From: the human T2T-CHM13v2.0 reference genome, Homo sapiens
Length of the DNA stretch: 64,000 bases
Reading direction: 5' to 3' (one strand)
Assembly: GCF_009914755.1 (NCBI RefSeq)
Contig: NC_060930.1
The translations under genes and the position numbers were made by a program. Below are positions 14,160 through 27,560 of this stretch, piece after piece; position 1 is the first letter of the stretch; each line of letters opens with the position of its first letter. The notes beneath the pieces are model-generated. The model did not search any database and was not told the DNA's origin. It was given only the letters and a program-made list of their open reading frames with translations.

Positions 14160-14764
14160 GTTTGCAGTAAATTTACATTGTGTCAAGTTAGCTTAGCAGG
14201 AAATACAATTCCCAGAATTCCCTGTATGGCTTTTCATTGGGGTTGGCATAAGCGAGGATTGTGCAAGATTCAGAGGCATATGTGTATCAGCAGCCATTCA
14301 TCCCTGGAGGTCAGCGTAAGGTACCAATGGCTGCAGCAGCTCACAAGCATCGTTGCTGATTCTGGCTCATGCTGTGGTGAGAGAGCAGCTGCTGAGCCCA
14401 CAGCTTCTCTAGGCCCTGCCAGATTCCACTCCGGAGCTTCTCCAAGTCCAGGGCCAGCCACGTTTGCAGCTCCATGGCAAAGGAGAGTAGCTTCTTCTGC
14501 AGCTCATGCATGTCATTGATTTCATGCATTCCGTGTTGCCTTTACAAGTTCTGTTTGTCCTCACTTCCCCTGCTTCAGATCCAGCGTTTCTTCCCAACTG
14601 CTGACCTGCCATGTTTTCGGGTCCACCAGACATAGCAGTAACAGCCTTCTGTGGACTTCCTCATGAGTGCCTGCAATTGAGTAAGGTCTAATTCCTAGAA
14701 TAAATTACTTACTTGATATCATTCATAGTATTTCTACTTCACAGATCAAGCCCTACCTTATACA
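14160..14764 (+). mobile_element. ERVL solo LTR (MLT2-related, subfamily uncertain)
   Basis: Start tgcagtaaatttacattgtgtcaagttagc (MLT2-like tgtgtcaact); AATAAA near 14699; end ccctaccttataca. Confidence 0.7.
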
Positions 14765-15074
14765 ATATTACACTCCAGAATGTAATTCAATATTTGATCC
14801 TCAGCAGGTATTTGTTCAATAAATACTCTTCACTCTCATTAACAATCATCATTAACCAATCTGGTGGCAAAAGTAGGAAAGATATAAGCCAGAGAAGAAA
14901 TTAATGAGAACCTTAAGGTTTGGCTTTATAGATACGAGAACAATAAGTCATCTTAGATATGATTATGTACAAGGTGAGTTCAGAGGAGATAAATATGTAT
15001 AAAACAATGTCTGCACATTTTTTTTCTGGGGAGAGATTGGGCCCATTGCTTTTTAACAGATTCTGAAAGGACCA

Positions 15075-15200
15075 GTGTTATAGGTACAGCCTTTATTTTA
15101 TAGATGTGAAAATTATAGCTGGGAGATCTTCACAACACAACAGAATAGTAACAGAACACAGGCCAGAACCAGGTCTTCTGATCTTAACTTTTATTTTCCT
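15075..15200 (-). mobile_element. MIR fragment
   Basis: ctttattttatagatgtgaaa...ccagaaccaggtcttctga. Confidence 0.6.
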
Positions 15201-18200
15201 TGAACTCTAGCATGGAAAATGGCACTAAAACAAAATTTTAATAACAAAAATACTGCAGCAGGGGAGAGACAATGAAAGATACTGTAAATACTTCTGAGCT
15301 CTCAGCAGCCTCAACCTCACTAATATTCTTATGGAACCCACTGACAATTGGCAGTCATCTGTCTATCTTAGAGCAGGCAGGTGAGCACAAAGAGTTTAAA
15401 GCATGGATGATGATCAAAAGGCTAGTCTGGATGTATTCAGAGGCTTCCAAAGTTTCATTTCTGACTTAGAAATGTTTTTCAAATGGTGTGGTTCCCTAAA
15501 CTATTTTTCCAACTCAGATTTCCCTCAATAAATGCATGGTTTGTTATTTCTGTGGTAACTTGACCCCACTCTTCTGCCTATTCTGAAGTCCTCTTCACTG
15601 CTGCTACCACATATATGGACTATTAGTGCCCTTGTACATATGACAAAAAGAAATACATGTTTTAAATTATCTCCCTTTAGTTTCAAGAAAAAAAAAAAAA
15701 GAATAAGAAAAGAAACCAAAAAGGAAGTAGAGACAAATGATAGCAGAATTTTCTTGGTTAGATTATCCAGAAGCAGGCTCTGTGATGGAGATTGTCTGCA
15801 GAAGTTTTATCGGGGAGTTCTTGCAAGACAAGTACCTACAGGAAAGTGAAAGAAGCAGAATTGGACGGAGAAAAAGATAGAACTATGATGCAGCTGCAAG
15901 AAAAGTCTCAGCTAATCCCATGGGGAGCTCTGAAGCTGGCATGCCCCATCAGCATTATCCTGAATTGAGGTAAAGAGAGTGAGAACTTCGTACCCCCCAC
16001 AACAACTAGTCATTGGATGCAGTCATAATCTTGAGAATGGCAACTCCCATCAGCCAAGGGTATTTCCCAGGCAGGGACTCCACTGTGATCTATCAGATGC
16101 TAACACTCCTGGCAGCTGGAGAAATGAGCACCTCAATCCCAGAAGGGATTTGGGTAGCTCACCACAACTTTCACTCTAAACCACTACTTATGCCACTCAG
16201 ATCAACTTGCTTTGTATAATAACGTTATCCCATCTGGAGGCAGCTCTTTCAAGATTCTGGATGGCCTTGTATATTGGGGAAAGTTTTAAGAAGACTGTGA
16301 GTGAGCTGAACTATAGTCCTTCATGCTGCAGCTTGTCCTCTACTTCCTTATCACTCAGGATGTTCCTCTTCTTCTGATGCTAGATTTCCACCCTTCCCTA
16401 GCACCACTGCTTCTCAAGATGGCTTACCTGATGGAGTAGCACAGACCCTCATTCCTGAGAAGTGAGTCCCTGGTTATCATGCTTTCTAAGGCCATGGCTG
16501 CTGATTTTATTATTTAAACATCAAAACTTGGCCAGGAAGTACCTGTGGATTACCTACAGGCCCAACGTATTCTTAACTACCTCAATTTTATAACAGCCAT
16601 CCTATATCTTCTGAGGATCAGGATCATTTGCCTTTGCCAGAATGTGACACCTCTTCTTGATTGCTAGTCTCTCGGCATGAAGACCCTGGACTGACCAGGA
16701 AGCAGTTATAGCTTAAATTTTAATAGGACTCCTGGAGAAAATGACCCCCCTCTGAAAACCTGCATGTCCAAATCTGTAAATCTCACAGATGTGCAATGAG
16801 AAATAAAAATTCACAAGTGAGTCCTGGGGAGTGATCATAAACAAACATATTCTTGCTTCCATGCCCTTGGTTCCTGGGCCCAAATATTCTATTTACTGAA
16901 GACACAGCATCATTTAAGGGCTACTGATTTAGGCAGATTATGGTGTCTTAAGGAATAGCACTCCATCTTTGCAGGGTATCACCTCCCAATTAGCACCTCA
17001 GCTGTCCCTTCATAAAGCTGTTCTGTCATGCCTACAACTCCTGGATGTCTTAGTATATAATAAGACCAGGAGGTCCATGGCCATGTACCCACCACCATGT
17101 CTCCTTTTTCTATAAAGTGGGTGAATGGTTTGAATCAGATATTATTTAGTACCTGTGCTGGTGGATCCAATACTCTTTAAGTCTACTGATGTTGTGCTGG
17201 CTGAAGCCCTGAAATCAAGAAAGGCAAATCCATAACTGGAGCATATGCCAGTTTCAGTCAAGATTAGTGACTGCCTCTTCCAAGGTAGAGGGGGTCCAAA
17301 AGTAATCAACTTAATCCTAAATTGCTGGCTGCTCTCCTCAAGATATGGTGCTCAGCACTGGTTTCTGTTGCTAGTAGGTCAGATATCTGGCAGTAGTAGG
17401 TGTTAAACCTGTTCAATGAGTGGGAGCCCATGCTATTGCATTCATGCAAACCCAACATCTCTGTTAATATGGTTCCTTGGTACACAAGCCCATTCCCTCA
17501 GCACTAGTGAACTAATGGAGATATAATGGATACCATCAACCTTCATCCTTTAGGTCTTTAAGGTTATTCTATCTCTGCCCCAACATTTATTATCTTGATT
17601 GAGTGAGGGTCATTCTCAGAGTCTTCCACTTGGTCTTCCTCTCTACAGTATCTCTAACCCCACAGATCAAGGAACTGATGTGCAAGTTCTGCCAACTACT
17701 AACCATCTCTATTCCAATTATACACATAAGGACTGGAGAAATTGACCACTAGGTAGATATAGCACTCCGTCTTTGCAGGGTATCACCAGAACAACTGTAA
17801 GTCAAATCTATATCAGGATTCCACTTATTACTCGGCCCTCATATACACTGACTCTAATAGGGAGGCCATGATGAAGCTTCTTCAGATCCCTCAGTATTGG
17901 CATCAACCTGAACTTTGTGGGGAGCAATCCTTGGAAAGTGTGAGTATTCTCCTTTCTTCAGTGTGTGGTTACCCAAGTAAATGGCTATAGGACTCTTTAG
18001 GGGAAAACTGGCAGGTTCATTACTGTATATAATTCTCATGGCTTTACAGAATTCTTCATCCTGGGAATCCAGACTCTCCCTCAGTCAATGGGTTCAAAGT
18101 CTAAAACCTAGCTCAGGTCTGGAAATTAGGCAAATGACTTGTTATGAAGGAAGCTTCCCTCAGCCGCCTGTCTCCTGTCATTGATTTCTTTTCATAGACT

Positions 18201-19745
18201 GAACTGTACTTTTGTTGACTGGCCATTTATCCTTTCCCTGGGGTGCTGTGTTTTACATCCAATCTCCACAACTTTCTGTGGTCCAGGGCCCCCAGCCTCC
18301 ACTCCAACCTTTCCATTCATTAAGATGATTACACCAATCTTTTTTGCTGATGGTTAAGTGCTACCATTTGACTTTATCATTTTGGCATCCTATCTGCTCC
18401 ATTGCTTCCTGGGAGCCCCTTTCTGAAACATTTCCTACTATCAACCTGGCCTACAGGAACTAGTCAAAAATTCTGTATCCCTCTCATCAGCACATTTTTT
18501 ACCTCTTCGGTGAATGTTGTCTCCTACGAGCCCTTCTGCAGAGCGTAGTTGGCGAACGGATTTGCAGGCTATGTATAGCATATCCACTCTTGCATGTCTG
18601 CTGCTTTGAATCTTTTAATCTGTTATTCCATCATCTGCCAAGGTAGCTCTGGAATCCCACTTTATTAAGGGTGGGTTATTGCTATCTCCAAGTTCCACAT
18701 GCCATCCTACCAGCGTATTAGCACCATTTCTTGGAACTTCACCAGGGTGTTAATTCTGTGTCAGAGGAAAGTGTGATGATAGTAATAAAAACTCTCCCTT
18801 ATTTAATTTTGTGTTCTAATCCTGTGATTTAGCACCCTCAGGATTCAGTTCCATGATACTCTCTAGTTCTTGCTGGTATATGTTAACTAGGTCCAGTGGC
18901 TCTTTCAGAGTATATGTGTATTTTTCCTTGCCAAGCCCAGAACTTCCCAGGATGTTACATAATGACTTAATCCTAATTTATTGCCTAGTGGCCAGAGGAG
19001 ATGAGGAGGGATAGACTCTAACATGATTGTTGCTGTCCTGCAAGGCAGTGGTGTCCTCATTGTCTTCAAGAAAAAAGATTTTCAATAGGAAGGGTGAGTC
19101 ACTTCTGCTGGCCCCAAGACTTCATGGGTATCTGGGATTTTAATATTTTTGAGTGCCTTGATTTAAGTATTTTGGGGTCTACTCTGACCCAACAAGGGCC
19201 ATGACCTTGAGAAAGCAGCTTTGCTATGGTTGAGAATTTAACCTTTTCTAGAGCTTTGTTATCCTTATAATTCAGTCTTGGGGCTGATCTTTGACTTATT
19301 CTGCCCTCTGGCTATATGGCTAAGTCTATTTATGTGCTACCAAAGAGACCCTCTGACTTTCACTCTTTGCCTTTAGCTGGTGATTAATCACTCTCAACCT
19401 TCCACTGTCTTTCTCCAATGCAAAATTTGTGCTCAGCAACAGCCATTTGAGTCCTTTGTCTTTATAACACCATTACCTCATGTTATCAAATGCCTGAAAT
19501 ATTGTAATCTGCCCAAGCATTCCCTTCCATCAATATTGCATCCCAATGTAAAATTGTAAAGTTTTCACAACTACACAACTACCACATGGCAGGGGCTGTG
19601 AGCACTCTACCTACTACCAGTGATGAGATTTCACTACCTGCCAGTCCATACATAAAGTACACTTGATCTTCGCCAAAAGACCAAGAAACAGTTGGCCCAC
19701 GCATAATCTAGCTCCAAAACCCCACTTCAGAATTTGCTTCTTCAG

Positions 19746-19761
19746 ACCACTTCCGGCACCA
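19746..19761 (-). promoter_or_regulatory. tRNA-Leu-type primer binding site of the LTR16C-type provirus
   Basis: Minus strand TGGTGCCGGAAGTGGT lies directly beside the LTR end and parallels the HERV-L PBS TGGTACCAGGAGTGGT. Confidence 0.7.
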
Positions 19762-19839
19762 ATTCTCTTAGGTTAGGTTCCTTGAAATATGGACAACGAG
19801 ATGGAAATTTTCATTACAGAAATATAATCAAGAAAATTA

Positions 19840-20313
19840 GGCAGCCATGGAGGTGTGCCACACAGATTTACCCACAAGACAACCTACTTCAAGGAAATAG
19901 TTTGAGAGCTTCCCAATGCTACAATTTAAGATTTTTTGCAAGGTTTACACGGTGATCACAATTTCCTTGGGCTTCTCCAGTCAAGTTACTGGCCACAGTT
20001 GGGATACTAAAGCCCGGACATTTCTGCCTCACTCAGGACTCCTCTAATAATCACTGTTCTGATTCACTTCATCAGCCTGATCAAGACTTTCTCAGAGCTA
20101 TGCTGCAGGCAGTTTGAAGTTTTTCCTACCCAATCCTACTTCCTTCCTTCTTTCCTTTCACAGATGTCAGACCTGTAGCCCAGTTTGAAGTCTCTCTTGA
20201 TGACTCCTGCTTCCTCTGCTTTTCATTTTTCGTAAGTATTTTCCCCAATATGTACATATTTGCACGTCTAATTTCAGCTTGACATCTACTTTTCGGAGAA
20301 CCCTAATTGACAC
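19840..20313 (+). mobile_element. LTR16A-type solo LTR nested antisense in the 5' LTR of the provirus
   Basis: Similar to the LTR at 27079-27560 (ctttcacagatgtcagacctgt vs ctttcacagatggcagacctgc). Ends ggagaaccctaattgacaca. The host LTR resumes at ggagtgatctcaggaa. Confidence 0.8.
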
Positions 20314-21085
20314 AGGAGTGATCTCAGGAAGAACTCCTGTCAGGGATTCAAAAAAAAGGAAAAGTGTAAAGGAAGAAATTAAACTCTAGTACATTGGTAG
20401 GAAAGGGACTGTCTGGTTTTACGGGGAGTTCTGGACCTGAGATGGCCCTTCAGAGTTTTCCCAAATTGAGGCAAAAGGATCAGCCATTTATACCTTGCAT
20501 CCATGAGTCATTGAATAAAGGCTACCACAAGGGAGCAACACAACATTGGATGAGTCAACTCCTTTTAGCTGAGGACAAGTCCCAGGGAAAGCCTCAGCTG
20601 TGAACCATTAGCAGCAAACACTGCAGTCAGCTAAAGGAATAAGTGTCTTCCTCCCCAAGGGGAGAATGTAGCTGCAAACAGCATCTGCTTCAAAGGGGAA
20701 ACTATTATTATAGTTAAAGGACAATGGTAATAAGCTGCCCCCTTTATAGAGGGAAAACATCACCTTTGATAAAACTCTATAAATGAGTGGAGCACACTTC
20801 TGTTATTAGAGCAAAGGTCAAGAGAAGAGAATCCCACAAGTAGAGCAACTGGGAACAGAGATATACTACATATCAATGGAGTGTGCTTTGTATGGGTTAA
20901 ACACATTTCTTCCTGGTGTTCTGTGTGCCAAAATGGGAAGACATTTCTTCCTCTTCTCCTTATAAAGAGAATGGGAGAGATATGGTCAATTGTTCAGCCA
21001 ACCTAAAGTCAGGCAAAAGGTCAGGGTAAAGGGAGTTCCTACTTTTATTGGTGCATACAAATTATTTTCTCACAGCAAATAAAAA

Positions 21086-21312
21086 TAGCAGTAGCTACTC
21101 CTAACTAAGTGTCTACTGAGAAACAAGAATGTTTCTTACAGCATGTATGGCACTTGCCATATCAATGTATTGAATCCCAAATAACCACATGAAGTAGGTA
21201 TCTCCATTAAATGGTCGAGCCAACTAATTATTAGAACATTGATAGTTTTTCCCAATGTTACACAGCCAAGAATCCACAGACTTGTGATCAAACCCAGTTT
21301 TCCTTGGCTCCA
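21086..21312 (-). mobile_element. MIR
   Basis: gaatcccaaataaccacatgaagtaggta...tcccaatgttacacagc...tcaaacccagttttccttggctcca. Confidence 0.7.
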
Positions 21313-23467
21313 AGAAGAATTTTCTTTACACTCTCCAATGCTTTCAAATTCCCTTGGAAACTGGAGTTCCAAATGCAAATGCTTTTATTCTCCATCACAC
21401 CCTTCACTTTAAAGGAAAGACAAAAGCCAAAGCCTCAGAGGCCCTAGACGGTAATGATCAAGTCCATTGATAATTATGATTAGGCAATAATTGCACAGGA
21501 GTTTGTTACAGCAGTGACAGAATTCACCTGAAGATTGGGAACTTGTTCTGTGAAACATGTGCTCTCTGCCAGTGTGCATTCACTCAACAGCATTTGTTCA
21601 ATAGTATCTCTATTCTTCCACCTAACTGTGCTCCCCTTATTTGGCAATCTTCAAAATACAGGCTGCTGTGTGCATGTGCACACACATGCACACACACACA
21701 TAAAGATTCTCCTACTCTTCAATTATTAGATGCAGCAGGCTGTTAGGGTTTTTCATTCTTTTTCCATATTCAACCCTTTGATGTGTTGCCTGTACTATTC
21801 TTTCCCCATGAGCTAACAAGGCTGTCTCTAAGGAGGGGTTCAGGGGCAACCAATTAGAGAGAGAATGTGAGGGTGATCAGAATAGTGCAGCCTGCTGAGA
21901 GGCTGTCATTTACAGACTTAAAGGCAATGCAATCATTGCTAAAGGCTTGGGTTTCAACAAGAGCTGTAGCATTCCAGCCATATTTCCAGTCATCTGAATT
22001 TGATGGGTTGTTTTTTTTTTGTGCTTTACATTGTTTAATTTTTTCTGTTTTAAAAATAACCATTGCTTACATTTTAAAATACCTAATAATAGTGGTAATC
22101 TCTTTGCAATAAAATATGGATGATGGTAACCTGCTCATAAAATGCAATGCTGTGAAAAGAATCTAACAACCATTTGAATATATGTATATGTAAATTACTG
22201 ATGGTTGTGAATAGAATTTCAACATATACATGAAGAAAATGGAAGAAAATTGTGCCACTCTCTGTGTGTAAAAGCCAGAGGTGATGCCATGTTACAGTAG
22301 TAAATTTAGGTCCTCCCAAATCAGCATATGTAAAATGTAAGCTTATAATAACACAGCTAAGTCTCCATGATAATATTTACCGTCCTCAAATGTATACGAC
22401 CAGAGCAGCCGCAGAAGAACAGAGTGGGAAGGAACCTCTTAACTTTACTTTGATGCCTCAATTTGTTCACAGTAAGAAATCAATCCTGACTTTTTAAAAT
22501 TTACTTGAGTCTTGAAAGAAAAGCTGATCTGATTTTTTTGAAGGAATTAGAAAGAATAGGAACAAAATGGAGGGGGATGGCCCTGAGAAAAGATCACTCT
22601 GTCTATCTCCCACCCCCACCAACTCAATAAATGATGGCCGCATTCAGCAGACCACTCCCAATTCCTCCCAGCCAGAGTTCCTAAGTGTCCTGGCTAACTG
22701 ATGCTGGATTTTGTCTGTAACAATTTCCACCAATTATTAAGGGGCACACAGACAGGTTTTGACACAATCAAGTGTTAAACAGAAACACAAACAGAAGGAT
22801 TGTGTGTCTAACCAACATAAACAGACGTCAAGGAGTGAAAAATTATGCCTTTTTTTAAAGTCAGTATGTCTGTGTGTTTGCACTAACATATGCCTAGAAC
22901 ATGTGTATTTTGAAAGGTAAGCATGAGGAGTAACGAGTTAAGAAACAACAAAGCTTCTCCTTGGGAAAAAAAGGAAGGAAAGGAAAGGAAAGGAAATTAC
23001 TGTTGTAGTTTCAGTACGTTTAAAGTGTTTTAACATTACATTTTGCATCCATTTGGAGGGGTGGGAGACAGTAGGCAGGTTGTTGTGGCTACTGAACTGA
23101 GAAATCTGAGAACATGCGGATGTGGGCTGAGTTGGTGACCTAAGTCAGAGGGATTCACTCTTTGTCTAGAATGTGAGATCAACTTTCCCTGATACAAAAA
23201 TGAGCTGATCTCCACAGGTATTCTTCAAGGGCAGAACAGAAATGGAGAAATAGATTCAACTGAGAAAGCAAGTTTAAACAGGAAAAGACAGAATTCAGCT
23301 AGGAGCTCTTGAAGGGGGCTGATGTAGAGTTAATAGTTCTGGATATTACCTTAAAAAGGTGGATAAGGATGCCAAGCTTCCCCAAGAAAAGGCAGAATCA
23401 GACTTAATGGGAGAGAGAAATATCTTTTAGGCAATCTAAGCAAGGGAGGGTTCAGAGAATGAATGTT

Positions 23468-23668
23468 TGAATGGGTGCTCTCTGTCAGGTACTGTGCTAG
23501 GCACTTCGCAAATGTTATTTTAGTTAATCCTTATAATAATTCTATGAGGTAAGGAATATATTTCACATTTTGCCAAGGAAAAAATTAAGGTAACACAGGA
23601 TAAATGTTTTCCTGAGAATCACACCACACAGCTAGTATTCAAGCCAAGCTCTGTCTGCCTGACTTCTA
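23468..23668 (-). mobile_element. MIR
   Basis: caggtactgtgctaggcact...ttaatccttataataattctatgaggta...attcaagccaagctctgtctg. Confidence 0.85.
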
Positions 23669-23899
23669 GGAACTGGGACCCAAGAGAGCTTCAGGAGCAG
23701 TAAACACACCTGTACCAGGGTGGTGGATGACCTGGGGGAGTCTTTGGGGGTTCACAATAGAATGTCTTAATTAGTGAAAGAAATTAGGAAACAAGTTCTT
23801 GAAGGTATTGGACATTCTCCAGAACTTGCTGAAGTATCGATTTGAATCTAATGCAGACAGTCTGAGGAGCTTGTACTTACTGAAGAAGATTCGATGGGG

Positions 23900-26800
23900 A
23901 GACCCCAAAAGACTCCAAGGGACTTCTGCAGGTCTTCAGCAGCCATGGAGGTGAACCACTCAGAGCTCCCTTGAAAAAAGAACCTGCAGTGAGGAGTAGA
24001 CAACCTGGCTGACAACCTCCAGGTCCACTCCTTCAGGATCTGCTGCAGTGATTATGCAGAGGCAATGTTCTCCCAGGGAAGGGTGAGCCAATATGAGGGG
24101 AAGCAAAGCAAGCTTGACCCACGTGAAATTGTGGTGATGGTTAACAGAGCATAGTGTCACCAGGGGTGAAATAGACAAGCAGCCATCAAGGGTGCTGTTC
24201 AAATCTGTAATCCTCAGTAGGAAAGAATCAGGGAACAGGAGGCAAAAGGACATTTATCCCAATAAAACATCATGATCTTTTGCCACTGATGTGGTGAATG
24301 TATTCCTTTCAGGGAAGGATAAGGAAGAGCATGTATTCACATGCAACAGGGAATTATATTTTTTACAGTTTTACACCCAACTCCATATTCGTTTTCCTAT
24401 GCACTATTTTAACATAGTCCAAAACTTCTAGAGTGTGTGGACATCTAGCAGAACATCACAACGATCCATTATATCCATCAAATCATGCTGATAGAGAAGC
24501 AAAAGTCACAGTTGGCTAATGTGCTGTTTGCATTAGTAGGAGTCATGCACTCCACAAAGAGAGAAATAAACCCTACAACAATTCAAGGACCTGTCTCTTC
24601 AGCAACATTTTTAGGAGCCCAGTAGTCAGGGGGTACACTGAGATATCCCCTCCAAGTAATAATTAGTTTGCTGCATCTTATACTCACTACCATTAAGAAA
24701 AAAGCACGATACCTGAACAAAAGGTTGTTTGAATTTCGGAGGGAACACATTCTACACTTACGATGCTCGTCCAGCCTATATGCCAGGTAACATGGAAGTC
24801 TGCCAGATTTGAGAGTTATGTAAAACAGAAAAGAGTTCTGGATCAGGTTTCAGATGCAGTGCAAGGAGCTCTGACTCTTGGGCCATATTATTCTATAGAC
24901 CTATTGTGTTGGTGGTGTCATTGGTGGGATAAGACGCAGTGTGGAGCATATGGCAAACCACAGTGAGAGGGATCATAAGTTCAGGCCCCTCGGTTTTTTG
25001 GAGCAAGGTGCCATCTGCAGCGGAGAATTCAATACCTTTTGAGAAACAGCTCCTGGCATGTTACTAGACCCAGACACAGAAAGAATCTTGACCACTGAGC
25101 ACCAAGTGAACATGTATCTGGAACTTCCCATTAGGGGCTAGGTTTCATCAAACCCACCAAGTCATAAAGATAAACTACTCAGAAACAATCCATTGTCCAA
25201 GACCAGAAGGCATAAGTTAGTTGCAAGGATAGATAGCACAGACTCTCACTTCAATCACTACTATTGTTCCTCCCCCTACTCACACCTATGTCTGTATGGG
25301 AGTCCTCATAGGATGAGGTGTAAGAAAAGGGAAAAGCCTCAGTTTGTTTTATGAATGGATCAGCCTGGTATATTTGTGTAAGCTGGAAATAGATGGTGGC
25401 TGCATAATAGCAGCTTCCAGATGTGGCTGTCCAAGCAGTGGAAAGGGAAGCTCTTTCCAGCTAACAGAGCTGCAAGTGGTGAACCTGCCCATTCATTTTG
25501 TAAAGAAGTGGCCCAAAGCAAAAAACACATACAGACTTCAGGGCAGTGATCAATAGCCTGGCCATTTGGTCAGGACCCTGGCAGAAAAAGTCTGCAAGAT
25601 TAGAGACCAGGAGGTCCAGGGTAGGGGCATGTGAATGGGTACATGGGAGTGGGCATAAAGTGTGAAGATGATTTGTTGCATGTTACTTTCCACCAGAAAG
25701 CACCCACCACAAAAGAGGCACTGAGGAACCAAGTAGGCAAAATGACTCAGTTCACACTAGCCAGCCTCTGGTAGTGGAAACTTTGGAAGCAGCACAACGG
25801 GCACGTGATCAAATGGCCATGTAGGCAGAGACAGCTTATATGCTTGGGTCTATTAGACTTTTTCAGGCCAATTCAGGTAAAACTGCCTCTGCTAGCTGCA
25901 GAGACCAATGCTGAGTTGCTGGTACAGCACAAGTTGAAGAGACCAACTGGCTGCTTTGTGGTATATTAACTACATTGGCACATACCACCTCAGGGCTAGA
26001 CAGCTATACTAAGCACAATTTCACCCTTCATACCAGCAGAGCTTCAGCCAACACCACTATCAGAGGCTTCTAGAATGTCTGATTCACACGCATGAAATCC
26101 CACACAGCACGGCGTAAGATCAGAGGACCCTTACCATAGTGAAGGAAGTGTGAGCGTGGGCCATGACAATGGGATCCACTGATCGTATCACAAATCACAA
26201 CATCCAAAAGCAGATAACCTGATAGGGCATTAGAACAGCTTGCTTGAGGCATGATTGATACACCAGCTCAGAGCCAATACTCTGCAAGAATAAGTTGCTA
26301 TCTTCTGGGATGAGTATACACACTAAGTTGGATACCTCCATAACCATTACATACCTATAAAAAAAAAAAAGGATGCAAGGCTTTTCAAACCAAGGAATGG
26401 AGTGGCTCCACTCACAATGACCTATTGGAGGCACTTTGTGCTTCTCATTCCTGCTACTCTGAGTTCCTAAGGGATAAATATTCTGGTCCCCTAAAAGGTG
26501 TAATCTTGCCAGGGGACAAGTTTACTGTTAACTGCCAGGTTCAGATGCTGCCTGGGCACTTTGACATTCTTGTATACAGGGACCAGCAAGAATGAAGACT
26601 AGCCATCTTGGCAGAGGTAGGAGGAGATAGAGCTGCTGTAAAATAACAGAGGCAAAGAGAAGAACATGTGGCACCCAGGCTATCCACTTGGACATTCTCA
26701 ATCCTCCTTTGCCAAGTTGTAACCTGATGAACATATGCATGAACCCTGAACTGGGATGGGTATGAGAAGCCATAAGGGCTTAGACTCCTTAGGAAGGAGG

Positions 26801-27078
26801 GTTTAGATCATACTACCAGCTAAGCCATTGTGTGGAAGTGATAGCTGAGGGTGAAGGGTGTTTAGAATGAAGAGTGGGTAGTAGAGTAGGGAAATGATGG
26901 GTACCAGTTGCATTTTTTAAACTACTGGCAGCTACAAGGGCTGGAGTTTGCCCTACTATCTTCCCTTTTCTAAATTTTCTTTCATGAAAAGAGGAAGGAA
27001 AAGGGGCTCACAGAAGCCAGGGAGTTGCTGCTATGTGGATTTGTGGGGAAGCAGAGCTGAGTGGCTCATGGGATAGGC
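23900..27078 (+). mobile_element. ERVL (HERV16/ERVL-E-like) internal region, 5' truncated: gag end, RT, RNase H, integrase and dUTPase remnants
   Basis: The plus strand gives LTHVKLW*WLTEHSVTRGEIDKQP (gag end, ~24115), IHYIHQIML (decayed YIDD, ~24463) and PFEKQLLACY (~25035). Many stops and frameshifts. Confidence 0.85.
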
Positions 27079-27560
27079 TGTTTTGCCATAGAAGTTAACT
27101 GCCCACATCTCCATTGAAGAACAAACCTGTTATGAGAAGTGTAATGAGTGGACAGGTTCAAGTTGCTGCACCTTCAAGACCTGCCATAGTTTTCACGTTG
27201 AGGCCAAGTTCTCTCCAGGCAACTTCTAGCCAAGGACTAAGGATGATGGTGGTGGGGCAGTGAGTGCCAGAGGCAGGCCATTTCTGCCCAGTGCAGGATT
27301 CTTTCAATGTGCAATCTTTGCTCTAGGGATTCCCATCAGCTTGGTTGAGACTTTTTTGGAGCAGTGCTGCAACCTGAGGCTCTTTCTACCCATCCTTCTT
27401 CCTTCCCTCTCTTCTTTCACAGATGGCAGACCTGCATTACCATTTGAAGCTCACCCTCTACCTCCTGATCCCTCCACTCTTTAACCTTCACAGACATTTC
27501 TTTCAAAAATCTTTTCAGATTCTGCTTTTGCATCCTTTTCCCAAAGGACCCAAAGAGACA
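27079..27560 (+). mobile_element. LTR16A-type 3' LTR of the preceding ERVL
   Basis: Follows a purine-rich tract. LTR16A-like body (ggccatttctgcccagtgcaggattc). Ends ggacccaaagagaca. Confidence 0.82.

Larger units (their letters stand above)
12925..14830 (+). mobile_element. L2 element in three pieces (~12925-13210, ~13780-14160, ~14765-14830), interrupted by a hAT fragment and an LTR
   Basis: L2 ORF2-type text (ggccatcatctttaatcccttcc...catccaaat; gtccaaacttcttagcat) and an L2 3' end (aggtatttgttcaataaat). Confidence 0.7.
15750..20692 (-). mobile_element. Degraded, internally deleted ERVL provirus with LTR16C-type LTRs (HERV16/ERVL-E-like). 3' LTR ~15750-16177, internal ~16178-19762, 5' LTR ~19764-20692
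   Basis: Two similar LTR copies in the same orientation (atggggagctctgaagctggcatgccc and acggggagttctggacctgagatggccc). PBS at 19746-19761. gag-, protease-, integrase- and dUTPase-like remnants are collinear with the HERV-L at 53-58 kb. Confidence 0.82.

Noticed and set aside
19840-27560. Two same-strand LTR16A-type LTRs read as the ends of one provirus
   Set aside because: The first is followed by the remainder of its host LTR and 3 kb of unique DNA and MIRs, not by a PBS and gag, so it is a separate solo LTR.
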